Positions 1 through 14,616 of a stretch of DNA of 64,000 nucleotides are shown here, piece by piece; position 1 is the first letter of the stretch, and every line of letters starts with the position of its first letter. This DNA comes from Eledone cirrhosa (Eukaryota). Made by a program: the position numbers and the translations under genes. The stretch is taken from positions 38,998,001 to 39,062,000 of the forward strand of contig OZ024746.1 in the NCBI GenBank assembly GCA_964016885.1, read 5' to 3'. The notes under the pieces are model-generated. The model had not been told where the DNA came from. It ran no database searches and saw only the letters and a program-made list of their open reading frames with translations.

Positions 1-92
1 ACAAATATCATCATGCAATAACATTTGTGTTTTCATCAGATAAAATATTTTATCTGATGAAAACACAAATGTTATTGCATGATGATATTTGT
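1..92. repeat. Perfect palindrome (46-bp arms, no spacer), may extend left of the window
   Basis: 1-46 is the exact reverse complement of 47-92; centre is taaaat|atttta. Confidence 0.9.
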
Positions 93-116
93 TTTTGAAA
101 TGCGCATAATAAAATA
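46..116 (+). ncRNA. Type I hammerhead ribozyme (PLE-type)
   Basis: Stem I tattttat/ataaaata; CTGATGA 54-60; stem II aaacacaaatgttatt/gatgatatttgttttt; GAAA 97-100; palindromic stem III atgcgcat; AUA site. Confidence 0.75.
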
Positions 117-146
117 CATGGAACTCATTTAACCATCTTTTGATCT

Positions 147-198
<52 letters not shown>

Positions 199-200
<2 letters not shown>

Positions 201-435
201 TCATCATATCATTTTACGTCCGCTTTTCCCTGCTAGCAAGGGTGGGACAGGAACTGATTCTGGCTTGATTTCTACAGCTGGATGCCCTTCCTAACACCAA
301 CCTCATTTACAGTGAGTGCTGGGTGCTTTTTTGCCGTGGAGCCTCCACGACCACTTTACAGTGGAATGATATGGACCCAGTCTCTATCATCTCATTTCTA
401 CAGCTGAGTAAACTGGAGCAATGTGAAATAAAGTG
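199..435 (-). mobile_element. 5'-truncated SINE with RTE-derived tail
   Basis: Near-identical to 6300-6545; ends in a (GAT)n-type tail next to (TA)n. Confidence 0.8.
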
Positions 436-576
436 GATCTCACTTCAGCCACACCTCAGTAATTGCTTCTGCTGGCAGGTTAAAATTAGGGAGAGAGACT
501 GAACACTTGCTGAGGAGATGGGCAGGCACCAATAAGCATTTCAAACGTTCGGTGTAATATTATGATGGACACTGAC

Positions 577-785
577 TGCAGGCAGGGAGAAACCCTTCTT
601 TGTCAGCAGAGGAAGCAGCTCCCTAAACTTCTTCCAACCTGTCCTTATTCTAGACACTATGGCTTCGGAACTCCCCCCCCCCTCCTCCCATGCTAATCTG
701 ATCACCTAGGTACCGGAAGCTATCAACCACTTCTATAGAACCCACCTGCATTTGAAAATGTGTCTATCAATGCGACTTCTACTGT
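577..785 (-). mobile_element. RTE LINE internal fragment
   Basis: Near-identical to 5533-5735. Confidence 0.8.
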
Positions 786-1205
786 CACTCATGAGTGATT
801 TTCTCTGTATGTTCCAGGATGTTTTTCTACCTATCTCATTATGTATTTTTCTCTGTCTTCCATCAATAATTTATTTACCTGCATATCTCCCTACTTAAAT
901 CTGTGTCTGCTTATCTGTCTGTTCATCTATCTATCTATCTATCTATCTATATATATATATATATATATAATAGAATAATCGAGTATCGGAAAATCAGGTC
1001 ACGAATTAATGATAAACAAATCCGACATGAGTGGCAGAGGGCTCAATAATTCAGATAAATCAGAGCTATAACTATCGTTAAAATACCAACACACAAAGAT
1101 TATGCCTAAAATCACCCATGCAGCCGAAAAAGAACGACCAGGAAGATTCGGGTCACTCAAATAAAATATCAATAAATCAATAATTTATATGAATGTAAAA
1201 AACTT

Positions 1206-1341
1206 ACCCGGACCCGCTAGAAAGGTGGTAAATCTAGCTTCTTGGGTTTCTGCAATTTCTTAATCCGTTCCCTATCAGCCTACATAAAAATATATAAGAC
1301 TTCTAGGGAACGAATGGACCGGAAAAACTTTATCAACGGGT
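1206..1341 (-). ncRNA. Degenerate type I hammerhead
   Basis: Stem I acccg/cgggt; core TTGATAA (2 changes from CTGATGA); long stem II; GAAA; stem III accc..gctaga/tctagc..gggt; GUC site. Confidence 0.45.
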
Positions 1342-1424
1342 TCCGTCCGACGAATAAAGAAGTTACCTTATATATATGTATATATGTATACATATATATA
1401 TCTTCCACTTCATATATATATATA

Positions 1425-1489
<65 letters not shown>

Positions 1490-2076
1490 ACATGTATCCC
1501 AGTACAACCTGTCTCATGGTCGGGTCGTTGGCGACTAAACTGGCAATCCCACCAAGGTTTCTTGGTGAGGAAGGTGACTTTGGACATCCTGCAGGACTAA
1601 AAACAAAACCTGTCAAAGGGCAAAGGGCAAAGGAGCTCTTAAGAGTCAATGGCCATCCAAAATCACCGGGAGAGATGACCCCTTATCCTTTGTCAAGGCA
1701 GAATTCTAGGAGAAGGAAAACTCTGATATAACATCTGCAACTCTGATGGTATCCAATGATGTTGACTTGTTCTTCTTTTTGGTAAATATCATCTTGGTTA
1801 AGAGAGTGGGACTGGCTTTGTGCAGTGCCTTTGCTCACTATAAAAGCTTCACGGCACAGGCATTGCTTTATATCTGGAGATCTCTCTGCACTTGTCGTCA
1901 CATGGTACCATGGGCCCAGCACTATGTGTCAATAATTGTCACAAGTGTAGTGTTTGTACCAGAGTTTTCAAGTCGCTGGCTGAACTAAAAAGTCACACTC
2001 GTTCAGCGCATCGGTATGGGTTCTCCTACATGGATATAAAGTAGTGGCCGTACTCGAAAACGAGTTGGCAGCCACC
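1490..2076 (+). mobile_element. ~590-bp non-coding interspersed element resembling an RTE 5' UTR
   Basis: Inverted copy at 2210-2790 and partial copy at 62071-62232; contains ctaggagaaggaaaactctga, which I recall as an RTE 5' UTR motif. Confidence 0.6.
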
Positions 2077-2209
2077 ATATATATATATATGTGTGTTTAT
2101 ATATATATATGCATGTATGTATATATGTTTATATATATATGTGTGTGTGTGTGTGTTTATATATATACATATATGTATATGTGTGTGTGTGTTTATATAT
2201 ATATATATA

Positions 2210-2818
2210 TGGTGGCTGCCAACTCGTTTTCGAGTATGGCCACTACTTTATATCCATGTAGGAGAACCCATACCGATGCGCTGAACGAGTGTGACTTTTT
2301 AGTCCAGCCAGCGACTTGAAAACTCTGGTACAAACACTACACTTGTGACAATTATTGACATATAGTTTTGGGCCCATAGTACCATGTGACGACAAGTGCT
2401 GAGAGATCTCCAGATATAAAGCAATGCCTGTGCCGTGAAGCTTTTATAGTGAGCAAAGGCACTGCACAAAGCCAGTCCCACTCTCTTAACCAAGATGATA
2501 TTTACCAAAAAGAAGAACAAGTCAACAACATTGGATACCATCAGGGTTGCAGGTGTTATATCAGAGTTTTCCTGCTCCTAGAATTCTGCCTTGACAAAGG
2601 CTAAGGGGTCATCTCTCCTGGTGATTTTGGATGGCCATTGACTCTTAAGAGCTCCTTTGCCCTTTGACAGGTTTTGTTTTTAGTCCTGCAGGATGTCCAA
2701 AGTCACCCTCCTCACCAAGATACCTTGGTGGGGTTGCCAGTTTAGTCGCCAACAACTCGACCATGAGACAGGTTGTACTGGGATACATGTTACCAGTAGC
2801 ACCAACTTGTGACCTGAC
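2210..2818 (-). mobile_element. Inverted copy of the 1490-2076 element
   Basis: Reverse complement with scattered substitutions. Confidence 0.7.
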
Positions 2819-3199
2819 ATATATATATATGTATACATACATACATATATATGTGTGTATTTGTGTGTGTCTATCTATCTACCCCCTCTCTCTCTCTTTA
2901 TTAATAAACATTCTTGTCCCTGTTCAAATTTTTCCATTATATATATATATATGCTTATTTTTCTCTATGTTTGTATGATATCTGTCTATCTTTCTATCAT
3001 TGTTTTTCACTGCTCATCTACCATAACAAATACAATGTAGTATAAATATATTTTCCACATGTAAACCAATAAATACAGTCACAGGAACAAATGAAAACCA
3101 ACATACATACCTACCTACTTAATGGTAAACTTGTTGGTCCTACTCCTTCAGCTGACACAAATTATCTACTCTCATACACTCACTCACTCATTCACATTG

Positions 3200-3465
3200 A
3201 GGTGGCGATGGGGGTGGTTCTGATAGTGGTGGTGGTGGAGGTGGTGGTTGTGGTGGGGTGTGTGGTAGAGGTGGTGTAGCTGGTGGTGTTGGTGTTGGTG
3301 TTGTTATTGTTGTTGTTGCTGGTGGTGGTGGTTGTTGTGGTGGTGGTGGTGGTTGTTGTGGAGGTGATGGTGGTGGTTGTGGAGGTTGTGGTGGTTGTGG
3401 TTTTGTTCTGAAGGGGGTGATAGAGTGGGGGTTGATAGCAGTGGTGGTGGTGGTGGTAGTAGTAT
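3200..3465. repeat. (GGT/GTT)n low-complexity tract
   Basis: Degenerate trinucleotide repeat; source of the poly-Thr and poly-Gly ORFs. Confidence 0.85.
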
Positions 3466-3755
3466 AGGTAGGAGGGTTTGAACATTGGAAGCAGTGTGGT
3501 AAGAGGGGTAATGGCAGGAGAAAGGAGGTTGAGAAGTTTGAGAAAAAAAAAATTGAAAGAAAAAGAAAGTAAATAAACTGAAAAAAGAAAAGAAAGGAAA
3601 AGAAAGGAAAAAGAAAGAATCAATAAAAAAGGAAAGGGAGTAAGAAAAAAAGAAAGAACAAATGAAGTATGTTAAGAACTACTTACTATAAGATGTTTAT
3701 ATGACATACTATAAAATCTCATGTTTATATCTTACATACATACACACAAACACAG

Positions 3756-3788
<33 letters not shown>

Positions 3789-3797
3789 CATATATAT

Positions 3798-3904
<107 letters not shown>

Positions 3905-4073
3905 CTTTTAATGTCCATTTCTCCATGCTAGCATGGGTTGGAGAAGTCGTCCGTTTGTGAGACCAGTCAGATCAGGTAACTGTGTCTTGCCCATACAGAA
4001 CTAGAACTGTTTCTGGCATGGTTTCTATAGTTGGATGCCCTTGCTGATGCTAACCATGTATGTGTGTGTAGGC

Positions 4074-4110
<37 letters not shown>

Positions 4111-4555
4111 ATATATATATATACACACACACAGATAGATACATATATATACATATATATATATATATTTATATATACTGATAGGCTCACAAAATCACAA
4201 TACCACGAGGTGCTTCTCTCATCCATTGGATGACATACCTTCTTACTCACTGTTAATTGGGGTTAATCAGTTGCAAAATCAGTAGTGTGATAGCAAAATT
4301 ATTAGGGTTATCTATAAAAGTTGAATATAATCAGTGACCTAACAATCATCAAATCATCCAATAAGGACATCAAAATTATTGATATATCCCATAAATTCAA
4401 CATCAACAAAAATTAATATATTTATATATATATTTATATATATATTTTACATTACTCCGAAGTAAACAAACCAACCTGCGTACTTCGTCGAGTTCTGCAA
4501 CCTGCATACTGAGGTATCGGTAAACAACCAACACATACTCAAAATTTATATATAC

Positions 4556-4633
<78 letters not shown>

Positions 4634-4824
4634 ATATATATATATATAAACCTAAGTATGTTTTGAAACAGCAAACGAGTTTGAAATTAGAAATGGAAGC
4701 TTTTGCCGTATTTTTTGACTAAATAAATTTTTTAGCCTGTTAGTGGTATTTAGAATCCTCTAAGAAATGGAAAAAGATGAGTATTGACGTATATATATAT
4801 ATTTGTATGTGTGTGTGTGTGTGT

Positions 4825-5020
4825 GGAAGGATGCCCAGTGGAGGGATGCGGCAATAGAGAATGCCCAAGAAAGACATGGGCAGTAGTTGTGAGAGTGGAC
4901 TTCAAATTGCTAAGACTGGCAGAGATGACAAAGGAACATGACAAGTGGAGAGATGCCATGTTGAGAAGGACCCATCCAAGCATGGAAAAGCGGATGTAAA
5001 AACAGTGATGATGATGATGA
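4825..5020 (+). mobile_element. RTE LINE 3' fragment
   Basis: Encodes CPRKTWAVVVRVDFKLLRLAEMTKEHDKWR; (GAT)n tail. Confidence 0.75.
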
Positions 5021-5030
5021 TATATATATG

Positions 5031-5065
<35 letters not shown>

Positions 5066-5067
5066 AT

Positions 5068-6290
<1,223 letters not shown>

Positions 6291-6298
6291 ATATATAT

Positions 6299-6630
6299 TA
6301 TCATCATCATTCATCATTTCATTTTACGTCCGCTTTTCCCTGCTTACAAGGGTGGGACGGGAACTGATTCTGGCTTGATTTCTACAGCTGGATGCCCTTC
6401 CTAACACCAACCTCATTTACAGTGAGTGCTGGGTGCTTTTTTGCTGTGGCACCTCCACGACCACTTTACAGTGGAATAATAGGGACCCCAGTCCCTATCA
6501 TCTCATTTCTACAGCTGAGTAAACTGGAGCAATGTGAAATAAAGTGTCTTGCTCAAGGAAACAACACATCACCCGGTCTGAGAATTGAACTCACAACCTT
6601 GCAAGGCCAATGCTCTAACCACTAAGCCAT
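6299..6630 (-). mobile_element. tRNA-derived SINE with RTE tail
   Basis: A-box TGGCTTAGTGG and B-box GTTCAATTC on minus; tail matches the 3' end of the RTE at 5068-5130. Confidence 0.8.
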
Positions 6631-6785
6631 ATTATATATATATATTTATATATATAATATATATATATATAATATATATATATATTATAGATATATATAT
6701 CATATATATATATATAATATATTATATATATATATATTATATATATATATATTATATATATATATATAGTATATATATAGAAGGC

Positions 6786-7120
6786 ATATGGCTTAGGGGT
6801 TAGAGCATTGGCCTTGTAATCGAAAGATTGTGAGTTCAATTCTCAGACCGGGTGATGCGTTGTTTCCTTGAGCAAGACACTTTATTTCGCATTGCTCCAG
6901 TTTACTCAGCTGTAGAAATGAGATGATAGGGACCGGGGTCCATATCATTCCACTGCAAAGTGGTCGTGGAGGTGCCATGGCAAAAAAGCACCCAGCACTC
7001 ACTGTAAATGAGGTTGGTGTTAGGAAGGGCATCCAGCTGTAGAAATCAAGCCAGAATCAGTTCCCGTCCCACCCTTGCAAGCAGGGAAAAGTCGACGTAA
7101 AATGATGATAATGATGATGA
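6786..7120 (+). mobile_element. tRNA-derived SINE with RTE tail
   Basis: tggcttaggggttagagc...gagttcaattctc head; inverted relative to 6299-6630. Confidence 0.8.
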
Positions 7121-7930
7121 TATATATATATGTTATCTCATCTACTTTGTGGTCTTGGCTGCAGTTTTGCTGTATAAGAACCAGTTTAGATATTCTAATA
7201 AGTCAGGCTTATCCTCTGTTGGGGGACATCACAGTTCTTCAGAAGACCTTCTCAAAATTACTGGTGATATTTTCAAAGGGGGAAAATATTATGTGGAAGG
7301 CAGTCAGCAAGAGATGAACAATTGGCAAGTAACAGGATTACTAGAAAAATCACCTAGTTCTAGTCTATTTTTACTCTTATAAATTTATAATGCTCTCACT
7401 AATTCTGAGTTCAAATCTGCCAATGTCAACTTTACCTTTTATCCTTCCAAAGCCCAATAAAATCCAAATTAAATTGCAGATCTTGTGCTTAAATTAGAAT
7501 CTATTATTACCCTTTTTTGTGACTTTCAACAAACATTATGACTTTGAAGGACAAAGGACACTTATTGCTTTTTATTTTTTTACCATATTTCTTTGTCAGA
7601 GGTGTTCAAATCATTTTGAAAATAATCAAGAATTTGTAAGGATTAACTAATATATAACTAATTTTCTTACTATTAAGATGTCTGGAACATATTCTAACAA
7701 AAGTTCTTACATAGAATTATGATGGAAGGTTTTAAAATAAATATAAACACTTTAAAATAAACAGCTTTTTATCATAGACTTTGACAGAGTGAAAAATTAT
7801 ACAAACGACAGGAACATAGTTCAAATCACACTATAGCCATTGTGGAATGGCCTTGATAAAAGTCCATAACTCTTATTGATGCTATTTTGTCTGACTGATG
7901 AAAGTTAATTTATATATATATATTTGTGTG

Positions 7931-7973
<43 letters not shown>

Positions 7974-8577
7974 TGTGAGAGAGAGAGATAGAGAAATAGA
8001 GAAAGAGAGAGAGAGAGAGTGTTCAACAAAGCTAGCATTATTGCGGTTTTAATTCACTTGAGAAGAAAACAGAAAATAAAAATTAATTTCATCCAATTAG
8101 ACACTAGAAGTATTATTGTAAGAAGGAATTTTGTTGTTGCTGTCGTCGTTATTTAGCTTTGAGTGAACTCTGATCAAGCAGAGTTATTTTCAAAAGCATT
8201 ATCAGATGTTGACCAGCTCATCTTTTTTAAAGACATGTAGATCTACATTATAAGTGTCAATTCCTTATTTAAGACAGCAGGCAGTAGTTTAGGGTAGATT
8301 TGGTTGTTATTGCTAGCAAGTCAAATGACCACATAGGGGTTCCTTTATGCATTATTAGTTTTTTGTTATTCTTGTCGCAATGCTGCTCTAAGTTAATTTA
8401 GTTGTTTTGATGTATAGTTTTTTTGAGTAAGTCTATGTTACTTCATATTTGCTGCTATATGTAGTTTTGTGTTGTGCTGGTGGTGCTGTTGCTGCTGCTG
8501 TTAATGCTGCTGTTGCTGCTGCTGCTACTGCTGCTGTTGCTGCTATATGTATGGTCTGAAGTATTTTATTGTTGTTA

Positions 8578-8760
8578 TACAAGGTGTTTCGAAACTTTTG
8601 ATATCATTTGAGATGTAAATATCACAGAAACTACAAAGTCTAAGACAATGAGACTGAGCAAGTTTAATGTTGAGCAACATAAGATTTATTCCTCAAAATG
8701 TGTCAACATTATAACACTAATTCACAATATATATTTCAATGTGACAACCTTGAGAACAAG
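8578..8760 (+). mobile_element. Possible decayed Tc1/mariner left end
   Basis: TA followed by caaggtgtttc resembles a CAGGGTGT terminus; no right end found. Confidence 0.3.
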
Positions 8761-9779
8761 CCATTGTTATCAGATATTTTGAAAGACCTCTTAAATTGTT
8801 CTGGTTAAGAAGTTTGCTTCACAATCTTTATGCCCTGGATTTGATCCTACAGCATGTCATCTTGGGCAAATGCCATTTACATTTGGGTCAACCCAAGCCT
8901 TGTGAGTAATATTGGGTTAACAGAAACTGTTTAGAAACCCAAATGGACTGTACATGTAATTCAAAATGTCAGCTATGTCGCATACTGTGTCATACTGAAT
9001 TGCTCTTTGAATTACATTACGAGTACACGTGTCTGTGGAATGCTTAGACACTTACATGTTAATCCCGAGCAGGCTGTTCCATTAATCGAACAACTGGAAC
9101 ACTCATCCTTGAAACCAACAGACGTCCTTTCTATACAGTTCTGTTTTATTGTTGCTGTTATTGTATGTATGTAGTTGTTGTATGAAGTTACATAAGAGTG
9201 TTGTGCTATGCAGTTATATGTTGTTGTTAGTAGTTTGTGGTACTGATAGAGTTAGTGTGCTTGACTGTCAGTTTCACACATATATGCACACTTTCACACA
9301 CAAACACACACACACATAAACATACACACACACACTCGCACAAAGTCAAGTCTATTCTATGGGAATCTATGAAGACAGGAATATCTCTGTAGTGGAATAA
9401 ATATTTCTAAATATAAGTTTTTTGTCCACTTGTGTGTGTCCATATGTCTTTGCATGTGTGTGTGTATGTCTCTGCATGTGTGTGTATGTCTGTGTATGTC
9501 TCTGCATGTGTGTGTATGTCTGTGTATGTCTCTGCATGTATGAGTATGTCTGTGCATATGTGTGTCTGTCTGTGCATGTGCGTGTGCATTAGATTGTGTG
9601 TATTGGGCACTCTTTGTCTATAGATATGTGTTAGCTTTTGGTGCATATGTGTATGCATATATATGTGTGTGTGTGTGTGTGTATAATATATATCCATAAG
9701 GGTTTATGATGATAGACATATGTGTTTTATTGTGTGCCAGTGTGTATTGTCTTGTATGTGTATCTGTAGCCATGTATGA

Positions 9780-9823
<44 letters not shown>

Positions 9824-10261
9824 ATGTAAGACAGAATGGAGTTGGCAGATATAGGATGGACCTTGTTTCTATGTGTTTGTGATGGTATTCATGTGTGTCT
9901 ATATATGTTTCGGAACATATCTGTGTGAGTATGTGTATGTGTGTTTGAGTATCAAAGAATATATATGTGGCTATATATGGCTGTGTGGTAAAGAAGCAGA
10001 CAGTGCTGTTATATAGATTCAGATGTGATCTTACTTCAAAGCATCTTGGGGGAAATGTCTTCTCCTATAGCCTGAGACTGACAAATATTTGGCAGACAGA
10101 AGCTATGCTGATGCCCATCGTGTGTATAATCGTGTGTGTGTGTGTGTGTGTATGAGTGTTTGTATTCACCGGTGTCTCATGTGGTGTTTCTTCATGACAA
10201 AAATGGTAAATGCATCTATTTAATGAATAGAGATTGATAAAATAAGTACCAGACTGAAATA

Positions 10262-10437
10262 ATTGTTTCTACTTTAGGCACAAGGCCAGCAATTACCCAG
10301 TGCATTACTGGTACTTTATTTTATCAACCCCGTAAGGATGAAAGGCAAAGTCAACCTCGGCGGGATTTGAACTCAGATCATAAAGGGACGTAACTATGCT
10401 GGAAAGCATGGCGTCCGACCCTTTACCGATACTGCCA
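10262..10437 (-). mobile_element. ~180-bp tRNA-derived SINE (Nin/Deu-like core)
   Basis: B-box gagttcaaatcc; core ctttcatccttacggggttgataaaataaagtaccag; many copies in the window. Confidence 0.8.
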
Positions 10438-10842
10438 ATGAAATAATGAAGATATAAATAACTAAAACTCTTGAAGGAAACACTCCAGCATGACCATCAT
10501 CCAACACTTGAAACTAATAAAAGAATATATAGTTGCAGAACTTTAAGTACTTCTCTCTCTGCCTTCATATATATATATATTTATATTTATATATATATAT
10601 ATTTATATATATATATATATGAAGGCAGAGAGAGAAGTACTTAAAGTTCTGCAACTATATATTCTTTTATTAGTTTCAAGTGTTGGATGATGGTCATGCT
10701 GGAGTGTTTCCTTCAAGAGTTTTAGTTATTTATATCTTCATTATTTCATTGGCAGTATCGGTAGAGGATCGGACACCATGCATAGTTACGTCCCTTTATG
10801 ATCTGAGTTCAAATCCCGCCGAGGTTGACTTTGCCTTTCATC
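10337..10842. repeat. Inverted duplication (~225-bp arms) around a (TA)n spacer
   Basis: 10337-10566 vs 10621-10842. Confidence 0.85.
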
Positions 10843-10971
10843 ATATTATATATTATGGAATACTGTTGGCTTTTCGCTACAATGTTTTCTATACCTTTCA
10901 TTTATATATATAAATATATAGATATATATAAATATATATATATATAAATATATAGATATATATAAATATAA

Positions 10972-11442
10972 AAACCTGTGACGACTTGATAAATTCCGAC
11001 CTCACACACTTACACCTCTCCAAGACAATGTCACTGGACCGAGATCTTTGGCGCTACACAGTAATAGAGAAGACCCGCCTTGCCTAAGTGCAAAGTGAAA
11101 CCTACTACAGTCAGTAGGCACCTCTAACGAAATACACCCCCGTCCCACTACCCCATCCACACCACCCAGCCCGAAACAAATAAGGTCGTGTAGGTGTCAC
11201 GACAAAAAAACACACAGTCCACGCTGTAACGTGGCCGTGTAGGTAACAAGGTAAAAACCTCCCAGTTCCACACTGTAAATGTAGTTGGTGTTAGGAAGGG
11301 CATCCAGCTGTAGAAAACCCGCCAGACAGTCCTATGCGAGCAAGACAACCACTCTTGCCTCAAGTGGGAAAACTCCCGTCCAAAAACACATGCAAGCGTG
11401 GAGTATGGACGTTAAACGATGATGATGATGATGATGATGATG
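10972..11442 (+). mobile_element. RTE LINE 3' fragment (family A)
   Basis: Matches 14160-14580; (GAT)n tail; (TA)n on both sides. Confidence 0.85.
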
Positions 11443-11714
11443 ATATATATATATATTTATATATATTTATATATATATATTTATATGTATATGTATATAT
11501 ATATATTTATATGTATATGTATATATTTATATGTATATATATATATATTTATATGTATATATATATTTATATGTATATATATATATATATTTACATGTAT
11601 ATATATATATTTATTAAAATAACAGATTGATATATATTTTCCTTATCGAGCCCTCTTTGGATTTTAGTCTTCAATTTTATTATTATTACTATATATATAT
11701 ATATATATATATAT

Positions 11715-12357
11715 ATGCATTGAACCACAATGTTACTAAGACAAAACCTATATATTTGCTAGCATTGATATGCATCTGTATGTATATAAATGTTACTAGA
11801 TATAAATTCTTTATAATTATCTCCAATTCATTTGTCGAGCAATATTGGCCATGACTGCTGCTATAGTAGTAGGCAGGCCGCTGTCTTATTAACAACTCGC
11901 TTTCCACTGATTGACCTCGATGTCACGTGATTGATTCTTTTTGAATTTGCCACAGACGTAGAGGCAGTGATTTTCTCAATGGCTAGGATTTCAGTCCACG
12001 CTTCGCTATTTCCTTTCCACTGAATTATTTTTTTAATAAGTTTCCAGAGTCCTCGCTATGCCTGGTAACTTACACGAAAATAGACTTTCCTAACGACGGA
12101 ATGCTTTTCAATATGTTCTTCGGGAAATATATTTACTCCATTCCAGAAACTAATTAGTTGGAAGTGATATTTTAGTAAGTAAGTCAATTTTATAATTTTT
12201 TTATAATTTTATAATTTTCTTATCTTACGTCTCTCATATTATTGTACTGCAACCCCATGCATTGAACCACAATGTTACTAAGGCAAAACCTATATATTTG
12301 CTAGCATTGATATGCATCTGTATGTATATAAATGTTACTAGATATAAATTCTTTATA
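11715..12357 (+). mobile_element. Non-coding retrozyme/PLE-like unit with ~100-bp terminal direct repeats
   Basis: 11715-11815 is repeated at 12257-12357 (period 542); internal hammerhead; flanked by (TA)n. Confidence 0.6.
12084..12165 (+). ncRNA. Type I hammerhead with G5A core change (probably inactive)
   Basis: Stem I actttc/ggaagt; CTAACGA; stem II ggaatg/cattcc; GAAA; palindromic stem III actaattagt; GUU site. Confidence 0.55.
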
Positions 12358-12389
12358 TATATATATATATATATATAAATATATATATA

Positions 12390-12421
<32 letters not shown>

Positions 12422-12445
12422 AATATAAATATATATATATATAAA

Positions 12446-14580
12446 GAGGTGTTCAGGATTGCTAGGCAATGTGTCAAGGAAAACAGTGATATTGTCGGGG
12501 AGAAGTGTGTACTTAACGATGATGGCGTACTTGCCATCACTGACGCTGATAAGAAGGTAGCTTGGAAGTGTCACTACGAAAGGCTACTAAATGAGGAGAA
12601 TAAATGGGAGAAAGACAGTCTCCCCCACATCGACCCAATAGAGGGACCAGCAGTGTTAGTCGAAGGTAGTATAATAAGTAAGGCAATCAAAGATATGAAG
12701 ACGGGTAAGGCGGCTGGGCCTTCGGAAATAGTTGCATGGTCACCCGGATAGTAAACCAAGTCGTACAGAATGGGGTTGTTCCGAAGGACTGGCGTAGCAG
12801 CATCATCGTTAACTGTTATAAGGGTAAAGGAGACGCCCTAGATAGGAGTAACTATAGAGGCATTAAATTAATTGACCAGGTCATGAAGGTCACGGAAAAA
12901 GTAATAGCGCAACTAATCAGAGAGAGAATTGATCAAGATGAAATGCAGTTCGGGTTTGTGTTAGGGAAAAGTACCACAGACGCTCTTTTCATTGTACGAC
13001 AACTACAGGAGAAGTACCTAGCTAAAAGTAAACCCCTATACTTAGCTTTTGTCGACTTGGAGAAAGCCTTCGACAGAGTCCCCCGTTCCATTATCTGGTG
13101 GGCTCTTAGAAAACTAGGTGTTGACGAATGGCTTGTGAGAGCTATAGAAGCCATGTATAAAGAAACAGTCAGCAAGGTTAGAATTAACAACGAATATAGT
13201 GAAGAGTTTAGCGTAAAAGTTGGTGTCCATCAGGGCTCTGTTCTTAGCCCCCTACTATTTATTATTGCCCTTCAGGCTATAACAGTGGAGTTCAAGACCG
13301 GCTGCCCATGGGAACTCCTATACGCAGATGATCTAATGCTCATAGCTGAATCAATGGCCGAGCTAGAGAAGAAATTCCAAACATGGAAGCACGGCCTAGA
13401 ATCAAAAGGCCTTAAAATTAACCTGGCTAAGACTAAAGTTCTAGTTTGTAGGAAAGAAAATAAGGCGCCGGTCCCTTTTGGGAAATGGCCATGCTCAGTG
13501 TGTAGGAAAGGCGTAGGTAGAAACTCCATTTTATGTCCCAAATGTAAAGTATGGGTGCATAAAAGATGTAGTGGGATCACAGGTAAGCTAACTAAGAACA
13601 TAGATTTTACATGTGGCCGGTGCTCTGGTGCAATAAGTAGCAGCAAGTGCCCACAGATACTAGCTCTTTCAATTGCGCAGAGCGTTCTATAGAAATAGTG
13701 GACAGCTTCCGTTACCTGGGTGACAAAATCAGCAGTGGGGGAGGGTGCTCTGAAAGTACAGTAGCTAGAGTCAGAACTGGATGGAAAAAGTTCAGAGAGC
13801 TTATACCACTATTAGCCGCTAAAGGGTTCTCCCTAAAAATGAAAGGCAGGTTGTATGATGCCTGCATACGAACAGCAATGTTGCATGGCAGTGAGACCTG
13901 GGCATTGTGTGCAGAGGATATACGCAGACTAGATAGGAACGAAGCTTGCATGCTCCGCTGGATGTGTAATAGTAATATACGTGAACGACAAAGCATAAAC
14001 GAACTAAGGAAAAAATTAGAAATTAGAGGGATCAGATGTTGTTTACTCGAGAGAAGGCTACGTTGGTATGGTCACGTGATGCACATGAAAGACGACAGCT
14101 GTATAACAAAGTGCAGGGCAATAAAGATAGACGGTAGCCACGGAGTAGGCAGACCCAGAAAAACCTGGGACGAGCTAATAAATTCCGACCTCACACACTT
14201 ACACCTCTCCAAGACAATGTCCCTGGACCGAGACCTTTGGCGGTACTCAGTAATAGAGAAGACCCGCCTTACCTAAATACAAAGTAAAACCTACTACAGT
14301 CAGTAGGCATCTCTAACAAAATACACTCCCGTCCCACCTCCCCCACCCATCCACACCACCCCTTTCAATATAAAGTTATGTTGGTGCCACAACATCCAGG
14401 CCGAAACCTCCCAGCCCCACACTGTAAATGTGGTTGGTGTTAGGAAGGGCATCCAACTGTAGAAAACCCGCCAGACAGTCCTATGCGAGCAATGACAACC
14501 ACTCTTGCCTCAAGTGGGAAAACTCCCGTCCAAACCCATGGAAGCGTGGAACATGGACGTTAAACGATGATGATGATGAT
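12446..14580 (+). mobile_element. 5'-truncated RTE LINE (family A), frameshifted RT pseudogene
   Basis: ORFs 12332-12751, 12736-13692 and 13647-14276 join up; NYRGIKL, QGSVLSPLLF, YADD; deletion near 12735 and frameshift near 13655; (GAT)n tail. Confidence 0.95.
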
Positions 14581-14616
14581 AAATATATATATATATATAT
14601 AAATATATATATATAT

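Noticed and set aside
3192-3623. Mucin-like poly-Thr and Gly-rich ORFs
   Set aside because: Trinucleotide low complexity with no gene structure.
6786-6850. tRNA gene
   Set aside because: The A/B boxes belong to a SINE head and there is no full cloverleaf. The same applies to 61185-61250.
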